64,000 bases of DNA, from NCBI RefSeq assembly GCF_006345805.1, contig NW_021833603.1:11469-75468 (forward strand). Direction: 5' to 3'. The position numbers were made by a program, and so were the translations under genes. This stretch comes from Octopus sinensis (Eukaryota). Numbering within the stretch: position 1 is the first letter of the stretch; each line of letters starts with the position of its first letter. The notes under the pieces were generated by a model, which was not told the origin of the DNA, did no database searches, and was given only the letters and a program-made list of their open reading frames with translations. Shown piece after piece: positions 28,138 to 41,000 of the stretch.

Positions 28138-29793
28138 AAAAAAGTTTGTTTTAAACCTTGGGATTACATAGAGAGTATTTTGCGTAGGATATGAGCAGCT
28201 CCCATGAGCACTATCTTTTGAATTTCTGCCATTTTGGGGTTTCCTGGTATCTGAGTTAGGTAGCAATCATTCCCTTTCGCTATCATTCCCAGGGCACCTA
28301 TGACAACAGGTATTGTTTTAGTCTTCAGCTTCCACATTTTGCTGATTTCTATTTCAAGATCTTTATATTTGCTCAGTTTTTGGTAGGTCTTGACAGATAC
28401 GTTTATATCGATTGGGACAGTCATATCAATGAGGAGGCATGTTCTTTGTCTGAAGTCTTTCAATATAATGTCTGGCCTATTTGCATCTATCTTCCTGTCA
28501 GTTTGAATGGTGAAGTTCCAGAGGAGTGAGATGTGGTCATTTTCAAGCACAGGAGATGGATTGTGTTCCCACCAGTTGTTTACATGGGGTAAATCCAGGT
28601 TTTTGCAAATTACCCAGAGAATATATTGTGCAGCTATATCATGCCTACTGAGGTACTCTGTAGGCGCTAGAAGACTGCATTTGGAGACAACATGGTCAAT
28701 GGTTTCATTTTGTTGTCGGCATACACGACATGTTGTGCTACTGCAGTTCTTTAATATGTTGGCCTGATAGTTTCTTGTTGGTAGGCATTGATCTTGAGCT
28801 GCTATGATAAACCCCTCTGTTTCAGATTTTAAGCCAGAGGCTATCAGCCATTGATGGGTCAGGGCTTTGTCGATATCTGCATTATTCGCTCTCTTTGGGT
28901 ATTTGCCATTGAGAGGTTTTTCTTGCCATTTATTATTCAGAATATCTAAGGCCGCAGTTTTGGCACGGGTTTTCATGCGCCTAGCTTTTTCTGTGCTTGT
29001 TTCTTGTATATCTATCTCTAATTCCGAAATTGGTTGTATTCGGAATTCACTTAGATATTCCTTTGCCTGTTTTGTGACTGAGTATGATGCTTTCTTGTTT
29101 TCATGTTTTGAGACAAGTTTTAACATCCAGTCCTCAGAGTTTTTCAGGTAGGTGTCTAGGCCAATTGTAGCAATCTTCATTGTTATTGCCAGTTGCAAAA
29201 GACCACGGCCTCCCTCTTTTCTTGGCAGATAGAGTCGTTCTGTATCTGCCTTAGGGTGGTGCATTCTATGCATTGTCAACAGTTTCCTTATTTTTCTGTC
29301 GTGCTGACATATTTCAGTAATTGACCAGTTAACAATATTGAAACTGTAAGTCACGACTGGTATGGCTAATGCATTGATCGCTTCGATCTTGTTTCTTGCA
29401 TTCAGCTCTGTCTTGAGTATTGCTCTCACTCTTCGATAGCATTCTCTCCTGATCCTTTCCTTCATCTCTGAATGCCTTATTCCGTTCCCTTCAATTACCC
29501 CTAGGTACTTGTAGCTCTCCGCTGGATCTAGTTCTTTTATGACATTCTGTTGGTCAAGGTTAACGTTAGATGTTTCTGTCATTTTTCCTTTGATAAAGGT
29601 AGCCTTTGCACATTTATCGAGGCCGAATTGCATTCTGATGTCGTCACTGAATTGTTTGACTATCGCTAGTAAGCCCTTGAGTTGTTCGTCATTTTTTGCA
29701 AAAAGCTTTAAATCATCCATGTAAACGAGATGATTTATATTTTTATCAAACATTTTATACCCGTACTCGCGTCATTGAGCAGCTTTGAGAGAG

Positions 29794-29795
<2 letters not shown>
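27960..29795 (-). mobile_element. R4/Dong LINE family 1, longest copy (RT C-half to 3'UTR)
   Basis: 529-aa ORF 28164-29753: YMDDLKL, CRVC knuckle, RHD, RPDIILKD...IDMTVP...KYKDL; (ATT)n on both sides. Confidence 0.95.
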
Positions 29796-29859
<64 letters not shown>

Positions 29860-29861
<2 letters not shown>

Positions 29862-30754
29862 AGTTTTTTTCCATTATAACTTTATTTCAGCTGCCTCAGT
29901 ACTGGGCATCTTCTGGAGGCCAAGAGTATCGAGGGCACTTTTGATTTGCTATGCATGTTAAAATTTTCACTACATTTATTTTATATTAGATGGAGAGTGC
30001 TTTCCGCAGTATATAGGATGTACCTATCAAGGTTATCTTTTGCAGTTCACGGAGACTGGAGTTAACAGCGAGTTGTTTAATATACGTTTTGCTCCATTTA
30101 TTATTCCTAATGCACCAATTATTACTGTTATTATTGTTGTACTAAGCTTCCACATTTTTGCGATTTCAATTTGCAGATATTTATAGTGAGAAAGGTTTTC
30201 GTATTCTTTTCTTGAAACATTTTGATTTTGTGGAACGGACATAGCTATTAACAGACAACTTCCTCTGTTGTAGTCCTTGATGACAATGCCTGGTCGATTG
30301 GAGTCAATTTTTCTGTCTATTTGTATTGGGAAGTTCCAAAGTATGGTGACACCCTCGCCACTTACCACATCCTCTGGATGGTGCCTGTACCACTCAATAT
30401 GGGATTTAATATTGTAATATATACAAGCATTCCAGTGGATGTACTACCCTAGTCTTTCATGTCTTATGAAGTACTCCTTTTCAGCGAAGGCTAGGCAACC
30501 AGAAACATGATCAATTTCTTTGTGAATATCCCGAAAATTCTGCTTGAGGGGTCACATCCATTTTAAAGAACGTTTGCATGGTAGTTTCTGGTAGGTAAGC
30601 TCTGATCTTGCGCTGCAATAACAAAACCTTCTGCTTCCTCTTTCAGACTTCTCTCTTCTAGCCATTGGTGTGTTAGATTTTTTATCAATATCTGGCTTGA
30701 ATAGGTTGTTAGGATATTTTCCATGCAGGTGTTTGCCTTTCCAGTTGTCTTCGA

Positions 30755-30755
<1 letters not shown>
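29860..30755 (-). mobile_element. R4/Dong LINE family 4, degenerate 3' fragment
   Basis: WKGKHLHGKY and ILWNFPIQIDRKIDSNRP motifs; (ATT)n on both sides. Confidence 0.85.
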
Positions 30756-30796
<41 letters not shown>

Positions 30797-30904
30797 AGCG
30801 GTGTGCTGGCAGAATCGTTAGCACGCCGGGCGAAATACTTTAGGAAAGTGTCTTCTACTATAACCTCGTCCTGTGAGTAGATCTGGAAGACGGAAACTGA
30901 TATG

Positions 30905-30949
<45 letters not shown>

Positions 30950-31004
30950 GTATATATACATATATATATATACATATACATATACATATATATATATATA
31001 TATA

Positions 31005-31328
31005 TAGTTATTTATTTCTATTAGTTTATTTATTTATCTGTGTATTTATTATGTTTTCAGGATCCTCTATCGTCATATGTTGTGGTGTGTGTTAGTGCTC
31101 CATTCTAGTTTTCTATTCAGGCTAGGTTTATTTTCTATTATGTGTGTAGCTTCTGTAATTTGTCTAATTGTTGCATCTGATCTACACACATAATAGAAAA
31201 TAAAGCTAGCCTGAATAGAAAACTAGAATGGAGCACTAACACACACCACAACATATGACGATAGAGGATCCTGAAAACATAATAAATACACAGATAAATA
31301 GATAAACTAATAGAAATAAATAACTATA
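31005..31328. repeat. Palindrome (~145-bp arms, ~32-nt loop) within (TA)n
   Basis: Reverse-complement match read directly. Confidence 0.9.
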
Positions 31329-31331
31329 TAT

Positions 31332-31418
<87 letters not shown>

Positions 31419-32031
31419 CGATTCAATTTATTATTATTATTACTAGTATTATTGTTATACATACATACATACATACATACATACATACAAGCATATGTAA
31501 TGATAATAATGGGTGGATGTAAACACATGAACAAAATAAGAACAAAAACAAAAAACAAAAAACAAAAAAAAACAAAAAAAACAACAAAATACAAAATACA
31601 AATTACATGAACATATAAAATTACAAATTACAAATTACATGAACATATATAAACAGAAGATACAAATATTACAGGCATCCCCCCACACACACACTAAATA
31701 AACATAAACGCACATAGAGATATAAGCATGCGCAAATGAAGACATACAATAGAAATACAAAATGGCTGACGGTTAGTAAGGAGAGATACAAATAAGTAAG
31801 AAGAAAACAAAGGACCACTGATGCGGTCACAGGAGTGTGACGAAAGAACTCTGGCCGAAATAAGATTAAGATTAATGTAAAAAATAAATAACACTGAAGC
31901 AAAGTAACACCAAATATATAGTGCGTGTGTTTTTATTGGCTAAACTGGCAAAATGACCATTCCTAAATACAACAATATCTGTTTCAACACACGACTTCAC
32001 ATAAAAAATCTTGCACAACAAATATTTAAAC

Positions 32032-32132
<101 letters not shown>

Positions 32133-32184
32133 TGTGTGTGTGCGTGTGTGTGTATGTATGTATATATACACATGCATATAAGCA

Positions 32185-33680
32185 GTTGTTTGCTATATTA
32201 TACCGTAAAGGAAAATTATAGTCGTCGACTAAACTTCTCTGGTTATTTTTCTAAGTAATGAAGGTAACCTTTTTTCATCACCACTGTAGCATTCCCCTTG
32301 TCTACTGGAAGTATTATGATGGAATTGTCACTCTGTAGTCTTTTGATAGCGATCATTTCTTCCTTAGTGATGTTTAGTTTGGGAAGTTTTGCTTTTTCTT
32401 GTACCTGTCTCACTTTCCACCTTAGTTCATCTCCCTGAGCTTTTGGTATCTTTATAGCTATCACTTTAATAGGGGCTATTATGTCCAAGTATGGAATACG
32501 CTTAATGGTTGTCGCAAAGTTGAGACCTTTGTTTAGTACTGCTTCTTCAGAGCTTTCTAGATGTCGGCTACTTACATTAATTACTGCTTTCAAAGGTGGG
32601 CGACGGACTTCAGTCTTCATTCTCTGAGCTTTGAGTTTCATAAACCTCTTAATCTGGCGTGTCTTCACCATTTCAAAGTCTTTCATGTACGTCTTTTCTA
32701 GATCCTGTTGGATTCTCTTTCTATCATCATCTCTGGTTATTTTCCTACGTAATGAAAATAACCTCTTGACTAAACTTGACTAATGGTGTGAAAACACCTA
32801 CATTGCAAGAAATAGGAGCTAAAGTGCTCCAAAGCTGTTACAAATCACATAGCATATACTCTGATAGGGGCTGTAATCGCCCCGAACACCGAACCGGGAA
32901 TTTCTTAGACCAACCGGCCATTTCCGTAGCCATCTTTAGTAAAGCCAGCTCGTTCGGTTGATTCCGGGCTAGCTCGCCCATAATCAAGTTTAGTTGGCGA
33001 CTATAGTTTTCCTTTACCGTATAATATTCTTTTCTACTCTAGGCACAAGGCCCGAAACTTTGGGGGTGGGAGGCCAGCCTATTAGATCGATCCAAGTATG
33101 CAACTAGTACTTAATTTATCGATCCCACGAAAGGATGAAGAGTAAAATCGACCTCGGTGAAATTTAAACTCAGAACGTAAAGACAGATGAAATACCTATT
33201 TCTTTACTACCTACAGAGAGGACAAACAAGGAGAGACAAACGGATTAAGTCAATTATATCGACACCAGTACGTAACTGGTACTTAATTTATGGAACCCGA
33301 AAGGATGAAAGGCAAAGTCGACCTCGGCGGAATTTGAACTCAGAACGTGCAGACATGTGAAATACCGCTAAGCATTTTACCCTGCGTGCTAACGTTTCTG
33401 CCAGCTCGCCGCCTTTTTACGGTATAATATTGCAAACAGTAGTTTTTATTCATTTGTTGTATAAACATTAGCGATCTGCTAGCCCGGAATCAACCGAACG
33501 AACTGGTCTTACTGAAGATGGCTTGGGAAATAGACGATACTGGCCGGTCAGTCTAAGGAATTCTTGATTCGGGGTGATTGCAGCCCCTATCAGAATATAT
33601 GCTATGTGCTTTGTAACAACATTGGAACATTTTGGCCCCTATTTCTAGCTATGTAGGTGTTATTCATATCCTTCATAAAG
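32185..33680 (-). mobile_element. Penelope-like element remnant: N-terminal ORF piece plus inverted pLTR-like arms, with a SINE inserted
   Basis: VINVSS..L...E..VLNKGLNF...NITKEE..AIKRL.....IIILPVDKGNATVVM (DKG motif); inverted arms 32790-32975 and 33478-33665. Confidence 0.85.
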
Positions 33681-33711
33681 TTCATTTGACGACAATGATT
33701 TTCCTATATAT

Positions 33712-34086
33712 ATACATAAAATTTTATAATCATGAGTATAATTATAATTAGGGTTCAGCAAAAAAGTGTTTAATTTTTGCTGTACTCTCAAATTTAAAAT
33801 CTTGAATTACTGTGCTGAAGAGGAGAATGATAGAGTGAAATATGATTTTACATTTTTCACATCTCTCAAACCTCCATAACGCGTGCACAGTTAATCAAAG
33901 CCAGGTGGATTCGTTATTTTTTTCGCTTTACCTGTGTGGGTTGTTGAGTATTGCTATTTGTGGAATTTTCTTATAGTAGTGAAATAGTTAGTTTTAACTG
34001 CTATTTCTAAATTTCAGTATGTGTTGAAGCAAATTTTTGCTGAACCCTAATTATAATTATACTCATGATTATAAAATTTTATGTAT
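33712..34086. repeat. Inverted repeat (~55-bp arms, ~265-bp spacer)
   Basis: atacataaaattttataatcatgag...cagcaaaaa and tttttgctg...ctcatgattataaaattttatgtat. Confidence 0.85.
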
Positions 34087-34254
34087 AAGTTTACGGATAA
34101 TGGTTCTTTTAACATACCGAACGACTTGGTAAAATTATTAATTATTAATTAATTAATTAATTTTACCCTTTATTATTATGGATAATATATATATATATAT
34201 GTATGTATATATATATATATATATGTGTATATATATGTATATATATATATATAT

Positions 34255-34931
34255 AAAAATTCACTCTACCACACACCGAACTTTTCAGAAATAGCAGCCA
34301 AAAATTTGGCTATTTCTTCAACTGCAAATAAAAGTCTCCAGACAATGCATACTCAGAAAATAACTCACATAGGTATAAGGGAAAAAACAATGAAAGATCA
34401 CATCCATATACGATACCCGAGGACAGTCTGTTTCTGGATTTGTGGGTAAAACGCCACTTTTCCTTCATCAGCTCAGAGATTTCTTCTGATTTAGATTTGA
34501 AAATACTAAGAATCAAACATACCCGTCCGATATCTGTAACATCGGACAAACCATGCCAGACACCCAGTACTAGCGAATCCAAAAATAGATCTCATTCGTA
34601 TTTTTGGATTCGCTACTACTGGGTGTCTGGCATGGTTTGTCCGATGTTACAGATATCGGACGGGTATGTTTGATTCTTAGTATTTTCAAATCTAAATCAG
34701 AAGAAATCTCTGAGCTGATGAAGGAAAAGTGGCGTTTTACCCACAAATCCAGAAACAGACTGTCCTCGGGTATCGTATATGGATGTGATCTTTCATTGTT
34801 TTTCCCTTATACCTATGTGAGTTATTTTCTGAGTATGCATTGTCTGGAGACTTTTATTTGCAGTTGAAGAAATAGCCAAATTTTTGGCTGCTATTTCTGA
34901 AAAGTTCGGTGTGTGGTAGAGTGAATTTTTT
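34255..34931. repeat. Near-perfect palindrome (~333-bp arms, 11-nt loop), probably a Penelope 3' end
   Basis: Arms are reverse complements about the centre 34588-34598; embedded in (TA)n; DLDLKILRIKHTRP resembles a PLE GIY-YIG C-terminus. Confidence 0.9.
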
Positions 34932-34952
34932 TACTTTACCATATTTTTATAA

Positions 34953-34991
<39 letters not shown>

Positions 34992-35003
34992 TGTGTATAT
35001 ATA

Positions 35004-35048
<45 letters not shown>

Positions 35049-36790
35049 ATATATTATATATATATATATTATATATATATATATAACGAGGAGCGCTCTG
35101 TCGGTTACGACGACGAGGGTCCCAGCTGATACGATCAACGGAACAGCTTGACAGTGTGTGACAAGGCTGGCCCTTTGAAATACAGGTACTACTCATTTTT
35201 GCCAGCTGAGTGGACTGGCGCAACGTGCCGCTGGGAATTGAACTCACGACCTTACGATCATGACCCGAATGCCCTAACCACTAAGCCACGCACCTTCACG
35301 GACACGCGCGCATTCACACACACACACACATACACACACACACACACACACACAATTATAACATGTGTGAAATTTATACATACATGTATATATATCTGTG
35401 TGTGTGTCTGTGTGTCTTTGTATATATATTTGTTCACCCCTACCATCACCGCTTGACAACTAGTACTGGTGTCTTTACGTCCCCGTAACATAGCGGTTCG
35501 GTACAAGAGACCGATACAATAAGTACTAGGCGTAAAAAAACTCGGTCGATTTATTCGATTATAACCGTTCAGAGTGGTGCTCCAGCATGGCCGCTGCCAT
35601 ATGACTGAAACAAGTAAAAGAATAAAAGAATATATATATATACACACCCAGCATACTTATTTGTGTCACTGGAGTGCTGCCACCAAGGGGCTACCGCCTT
35701 TAAGGGTTGCTTAATCTTTAAAAAACAAAGTTACGGCGATTATATAAACAATTATATTTTTTTTTCTTTATTGCCCACAGGGGGCAAACAAGGACAGACA
35801 AAGAAATTAAGTCGATTACATCGACAACAGCGCGTAACTTATATTCATTTAACTGGCTCCGAAAGGATGAAAGAAAAAGTCGACGTCGGTGGAATTTGAA
35901 CTCAGATCGTAACGGAAGGAGAAATAGCGTTAAGCATTTCGCCCAGCGTGCTAACAATTCTGCCACCTCGCTGTGATTGTATTATATCATATTATCTTAA
36001 ACTATATTATATTATATTATATATATGCGTGTGTTTGTGTTATTAATTGGTGTAGGGGAGACAAACACAAACACTCGCATGTATATAATATAATATAATA
36101 TAATATAATATAATATACAATATAACATAATATAATATAATATGAGACGGGCTTCCACGTAGTTTCTGTCTACCAGATTTCCTAATAAGATATTTGGTCG
36201 TCTCGGGGTTATAGTAGAATACACTGGGGCAAGGTGCCCTGGTTGCAAAGCAGCTTCGTAATCATACGGTCATGTTTTGAGTAATAAACTATTACGGTGT
36301 GAATTGAAGTAAACTATAAATTTATCAGATTTTATTGACAGGTAGCGAGTTAGAACAGTAGGTGGGAGTTTGTTGGCCTGTTTGGTAATATGTCTCTATC
36401 CCTGAGTTCGAATCTTTCTGTGGTCGACTTTTTTTTTTCTTCGTAACTTCGAGGTTGGTAAACATAATACCACCCAAGTAGTGGCAATCTTTCATTTAAC
36501 TTCTGGACTCGGCCATTTTCATATAGTAGACATACGTAGAAAGGAGTGTCTACTAATGTTGACACGGTTTTTTCTTCCCCACCGTCCCAATCTTATCACC
36601 ACCTTCCTTAGCGAAATCGGTAGGGTGAAACGAAACATAATATCAGAGCCTGCCCTCCGTCGCCACCCTGGGTGGAAGACGAGCATTTCAATTGGCTAAT
36701 TTTGTTTCCTGTTGTTCATTTCCATTGTGAATCATTCAGTAAATATAATCTGTAACTTAAACCACTAACAGCGGAGATATAATGGTGTCA

Positions 36791-36797
36791 TATAAAA
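36791..36797 (+). promoter_or_regulatory. Candidate TATA box of the TIR-DBB gene
   Basis: TATAAAA 150 nt upstream of the ATG in non-repetitive sequence. Confidence 0.3.
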
Positions 36798-36941
36798 GTG
36801 ACGAACAGAAATTTCAAATAGCATAAAATACAAGCGTCTTGTAGATTTAGACAAACACACATTCATACAGACAGAGAAAACGAGAACAAGATAAGAGAGA
36901 AGAAATCAGTGAAACTACTCGAGTACTACTAAACAGAGGCG

Positions 36942-36966
36942 ATGGCTGACAGTGGAAACTACGAAA
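36942..36966 (+). CDS. TIR-DBB gene exon 1 coding part (MADSGNYE+A)
   Basis: gcgATGG context. Donor A|gtaagt, phase 1, matches the start of exon 2. Confidence 0.7.
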
Positions 36967-37143
36967 GTAAGTAAATGTAAACAATAGGCAAAAACTCTGT
37001 AAAGCACCACAAGAAATGTCTTCAAATGTATATTCACATGCTTAACTTTAAATCTTATTTCGTTCCATTTCGTCATTTATCTTTCTACACTTATCAGCCC
37101 CGCTTCTTTTATTTCTTATTCTCTACCTATATTAAAAATAACA

Positions 37144-37211
<68 letters not shown>

Positions 37212-37339
37212 ATTATTATTATATATTATTATTATTATAATTATTATTATTATTTATTATTATTATTATTATTATTATATAGAAAAGAATTATTATTATT
37301 ATTATAATTATTATTATTATAATTATTATATAGAAAAGA

Positions 37340-37372
<33 letters not shown>

Positions 37373-37424
37373 GTCATTTACTTTTAATCTGCATGTTCGA
37401 TGCAATCACTTGCCGGGGCACACC

Positions 37425-37463
<39 letters not shown>

Positions 37464-38058
37464 CACTATTATCATTATCATTATTATTGTTGTTGTTGTT
37501 GTTTTGTCATATGTACTTTGTTTTATCTTATCATTGTACATTGTTTTATCTTGGTATAAAAGATGGACTACAGCAAATATTCTGCTCAATACCACAGATT
37601 TGCTTGTCAGTTGTTTGACCTTAACCAGTTGAGCATGTCCCTTAGTGGCTGACGATATGTGCATCTCTGATCACGAGCAGAAGTAGTGGGGAGCATCATA
37701 GCCGTGTGTTGAGAGGGATTCTTTGGGGTTTGAATAATTCACCTCCGGAAACATGGGTGTTTCGTTCAACATCCTTAAACAACCCTTATTCAGGGACCTT
37801 TTGAGCGGGATGGGTTACTCGACCAGAAGAAAATTCTAACTGGGCCCCATCTGCAAGGTCATGTGTTGTTTATCTTGATATGAGATCACCATGTCGCAAC
37901 ATATAGCTGTGATGCATGTACCTGGTGTACATCATGTCTACCTGGTGTACCAGACAGGTAGACATGATGGGTATACTGGGCGGCTTCGTATATTTTCTAC
38001 CCCAGTATCACTTTGATGGCATGTACTGCTTTCTCACTCAATAATAATAATAATAATA

Positions 38059-38089
<31 letters not shown>

Positions 38090-41000
38090 TTGATCAATCA
38101 CGCATACACTCGAATGTCTAGACAATCATATATACATTTTAATACCCATAGGACTACACATGCACCCTAATGTTCACACAACTACGGTATTTCCTCTGTC
38201 TTTACGTTCTGAGTTGAAATCCTGCCGAGGTCGACTTTGCCTTTTATCCTTCGCGGTCGATAAAATAAGTACCAGTTGCATACTGGGGTCGATCTAATCG
38301 ACTGGCCCCTCCCCCCAAAATTTAGGGCCTTGTGCCTAGAGTAGAAAAGAATATTCATAATCCAGGGAAACGAACCCAGATTTACCCATCAGAAGAATTA
38401 CAACGGGATTTCTCACCCTATTTGATCATTGAAGTTTTTTATTATTTGATGTTGTTGTGGTTCTTTTTGACTTTTGCTCTGATAATTTTGAGTGACATAA
38501 GCGTCACATGCCGACCTCTTCCTTGTTTTCAACTTCGAAATTTGATGTGTTATGTCTATTCTGTTACTTGTTTCAATCACTGGACTGCTGCTATGCTTGA
38601 ACACCCTCTGGAATGGTTTGTCCGAACAAATCTACCCCAGTTCTTTATCTACACCGGTACTTGTTCAATTGGTGTTCTTCGTCGAACTGCAGGCGACGAT
38701 AACCAAACAACACCGGTTGTCCAGCGATGTGACGACAAACATCCACACACATACACACACACACACAGACACACACACACACACATACACATATACCTGT
38801 ATACAAACACACACACGTATATACATATAAATGTATACAAACACACACACATATACATATACATGTATACAAACACAGACAGACACATATACATATATAC
38901 AAACACACGCACATATACATATATACATGTATACAAACATACACACACATACATACACATACATGCGTATCAGGGGTGTATACACAGGTGTGGTAGGTGC
39001 GCTAGGTGTCCGCTGCACAGCCACCGAAAATGGCAAATTCATTACAAATATTAACCATACTCATTAATTTAATTATTTTAATGGAAAACTTCCGTTATAG
39101 CCCTGCTTGAAATTTGGTGGCATTGGGTGTATAACAACCACTATGCGCCACTGATCTGTAACTTCATGTATGCTTCCACAGATTCCTTCTACGAAATCCA
39201 AATCTAATTCTACTCACAACACTTTAATTGGTTTGGACTTACAGTCGCAGATACTAACCCGAGATGCCATACAATGGGGCTGAACCAGAAACAATATGCT
39301 TTCGAAACGAATTTATAACCCACACAACCATGCCTGCACCTTATATAAAATTACGTTCTATTATAATAAGATTTTATAGTTAGCTCGAAGCATTGTACAT
39401 GGAATATAATGTTGAAAGATGTAAAAGGCCAAACAATACAAATAGATTTTAAGATGAGGTAACGTAAACTAAAAGTGTATCCACTATTTTGGGACATACA
39501 AGAATCTTCTTCAGGGTTAAAAAGGAACTGTCCTTGGTTAGATGTTTGTTATCAGAGATAAACTAATTCTGATTATATTTGAATATTCAAGCGTTTAAAA
39601 TTCAAATATAATCATAGAATTATTTTATCTCCGACAAGAAACATCTAATCAAGGGCAGTTATTTTTTAACCCTGAAGAAGAGACTTGTATGTCCCAAAAT
39701 ATTGGATACACATAAGACCAAAGATTACCAGCTAACTTATCTTTAGGAGGCAAGTTTTGTCTAGTGAATGTTTAAAAAAAAGATGGGTGAATGTAGCAAG
39801 GATGGCACGTATGAATGACGAAGCCACCTTGACTATGATTCTATGAACCGTAAAAATTAATACAGAGAGTTGCTTATTTGCAAAAAAAAAAAAAAAAGAA
39901 ATATAACATGTGACTTCATTGACCGAGGTTACCGTGGTCTTTTCCGTAGGCTTTTCTTTCCACGGGTAAACCTCACCTGTCCTCCCCTTTACACTTCATA
40001 TTGACATTTCTGTGATTACGATCCCTATTGATCAACTTTTTTTTTTCCTCTCCCCTTTTCTTTTTTTTCCTCTCCCCTTTTCTTTTTTTTTTCCTCTCCC
40101 CCCCTTTTTTAAAATCCTCCCCTTTTTTTGTCCTCTTTATTTCCTTTCACGATCCCTTTTGATCGAAAACCAACCCCCCTTTTTTTTTACCCCCAAAAGA
40201 AAAGCTCTACCTTGTAATTTGTTCTGTCTGTGTGCAGCCCTGTGTGGCTAATAAAGAAACATATTTTCATTGTTTGGCGTTTTACATTTTTCAACATTAT
40301 GTTCTATTAATTTTTGCTTTTTTTTTTGTTATCGTTCACTATTTAAGTTTTTATTGTTTTTTTTACAGAAATTTTATTTATTCACTCTGCTGATGGCGAA
40401 GATTGGAGCAAGTATTTGCAAGAAATGTTACTTACGGAGTATAAAATTTCATCTGACAACACTCAGTATAAAGACATTTGCGATACTCATTTCAACAATT
40501 ATTTAATCAAAGTACTCATTTTCACGCCATTAATGGAAGAGGAGGACAAAGTTAGTGCCACTCTGAAAAATGACACTTTAAGCTTATATGTCTTACTTCA
40601 TTGCTCCGTTGATATAGAGCAGTCTGTATGCCAATATAAAAAAATGAACATAGTGTACACTAAAGAGATAGACCAAGTAGAGACGACTGTTCGAAATGTT
40701 CTTGAGAATATTATCGAGCTACACGAATCCTACTTCGATCATTACGAAGAAATTGATGAAAAGAAACTTCCATTCCGTTTTTTCCCGAATACCTTTTATC
40801 CTGTAAGTATAGAATAATAGTGAAGACTTTTGACCCAGCGGTTAGGGTATTGCTTTCCACATCGGTTTAGCGTGATTTCGATTCTCACTCACATTTTTTT
40901 GTTGTTTTTACAGAAATTTTATTTATCTACTCTGCTGTTGCCTCCCAGTTATAAGATTGTTTGCTCCTTCTCAAGCCATGCCTGGCTCATAAGGTTTCCT

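Noticed and set aside
38332-39054. 240-aa ORF
   Set aside because: Composite of a SINE tail, a degenerate SINE and (CA/TA)n; lies in intron 1 with no domain signal.
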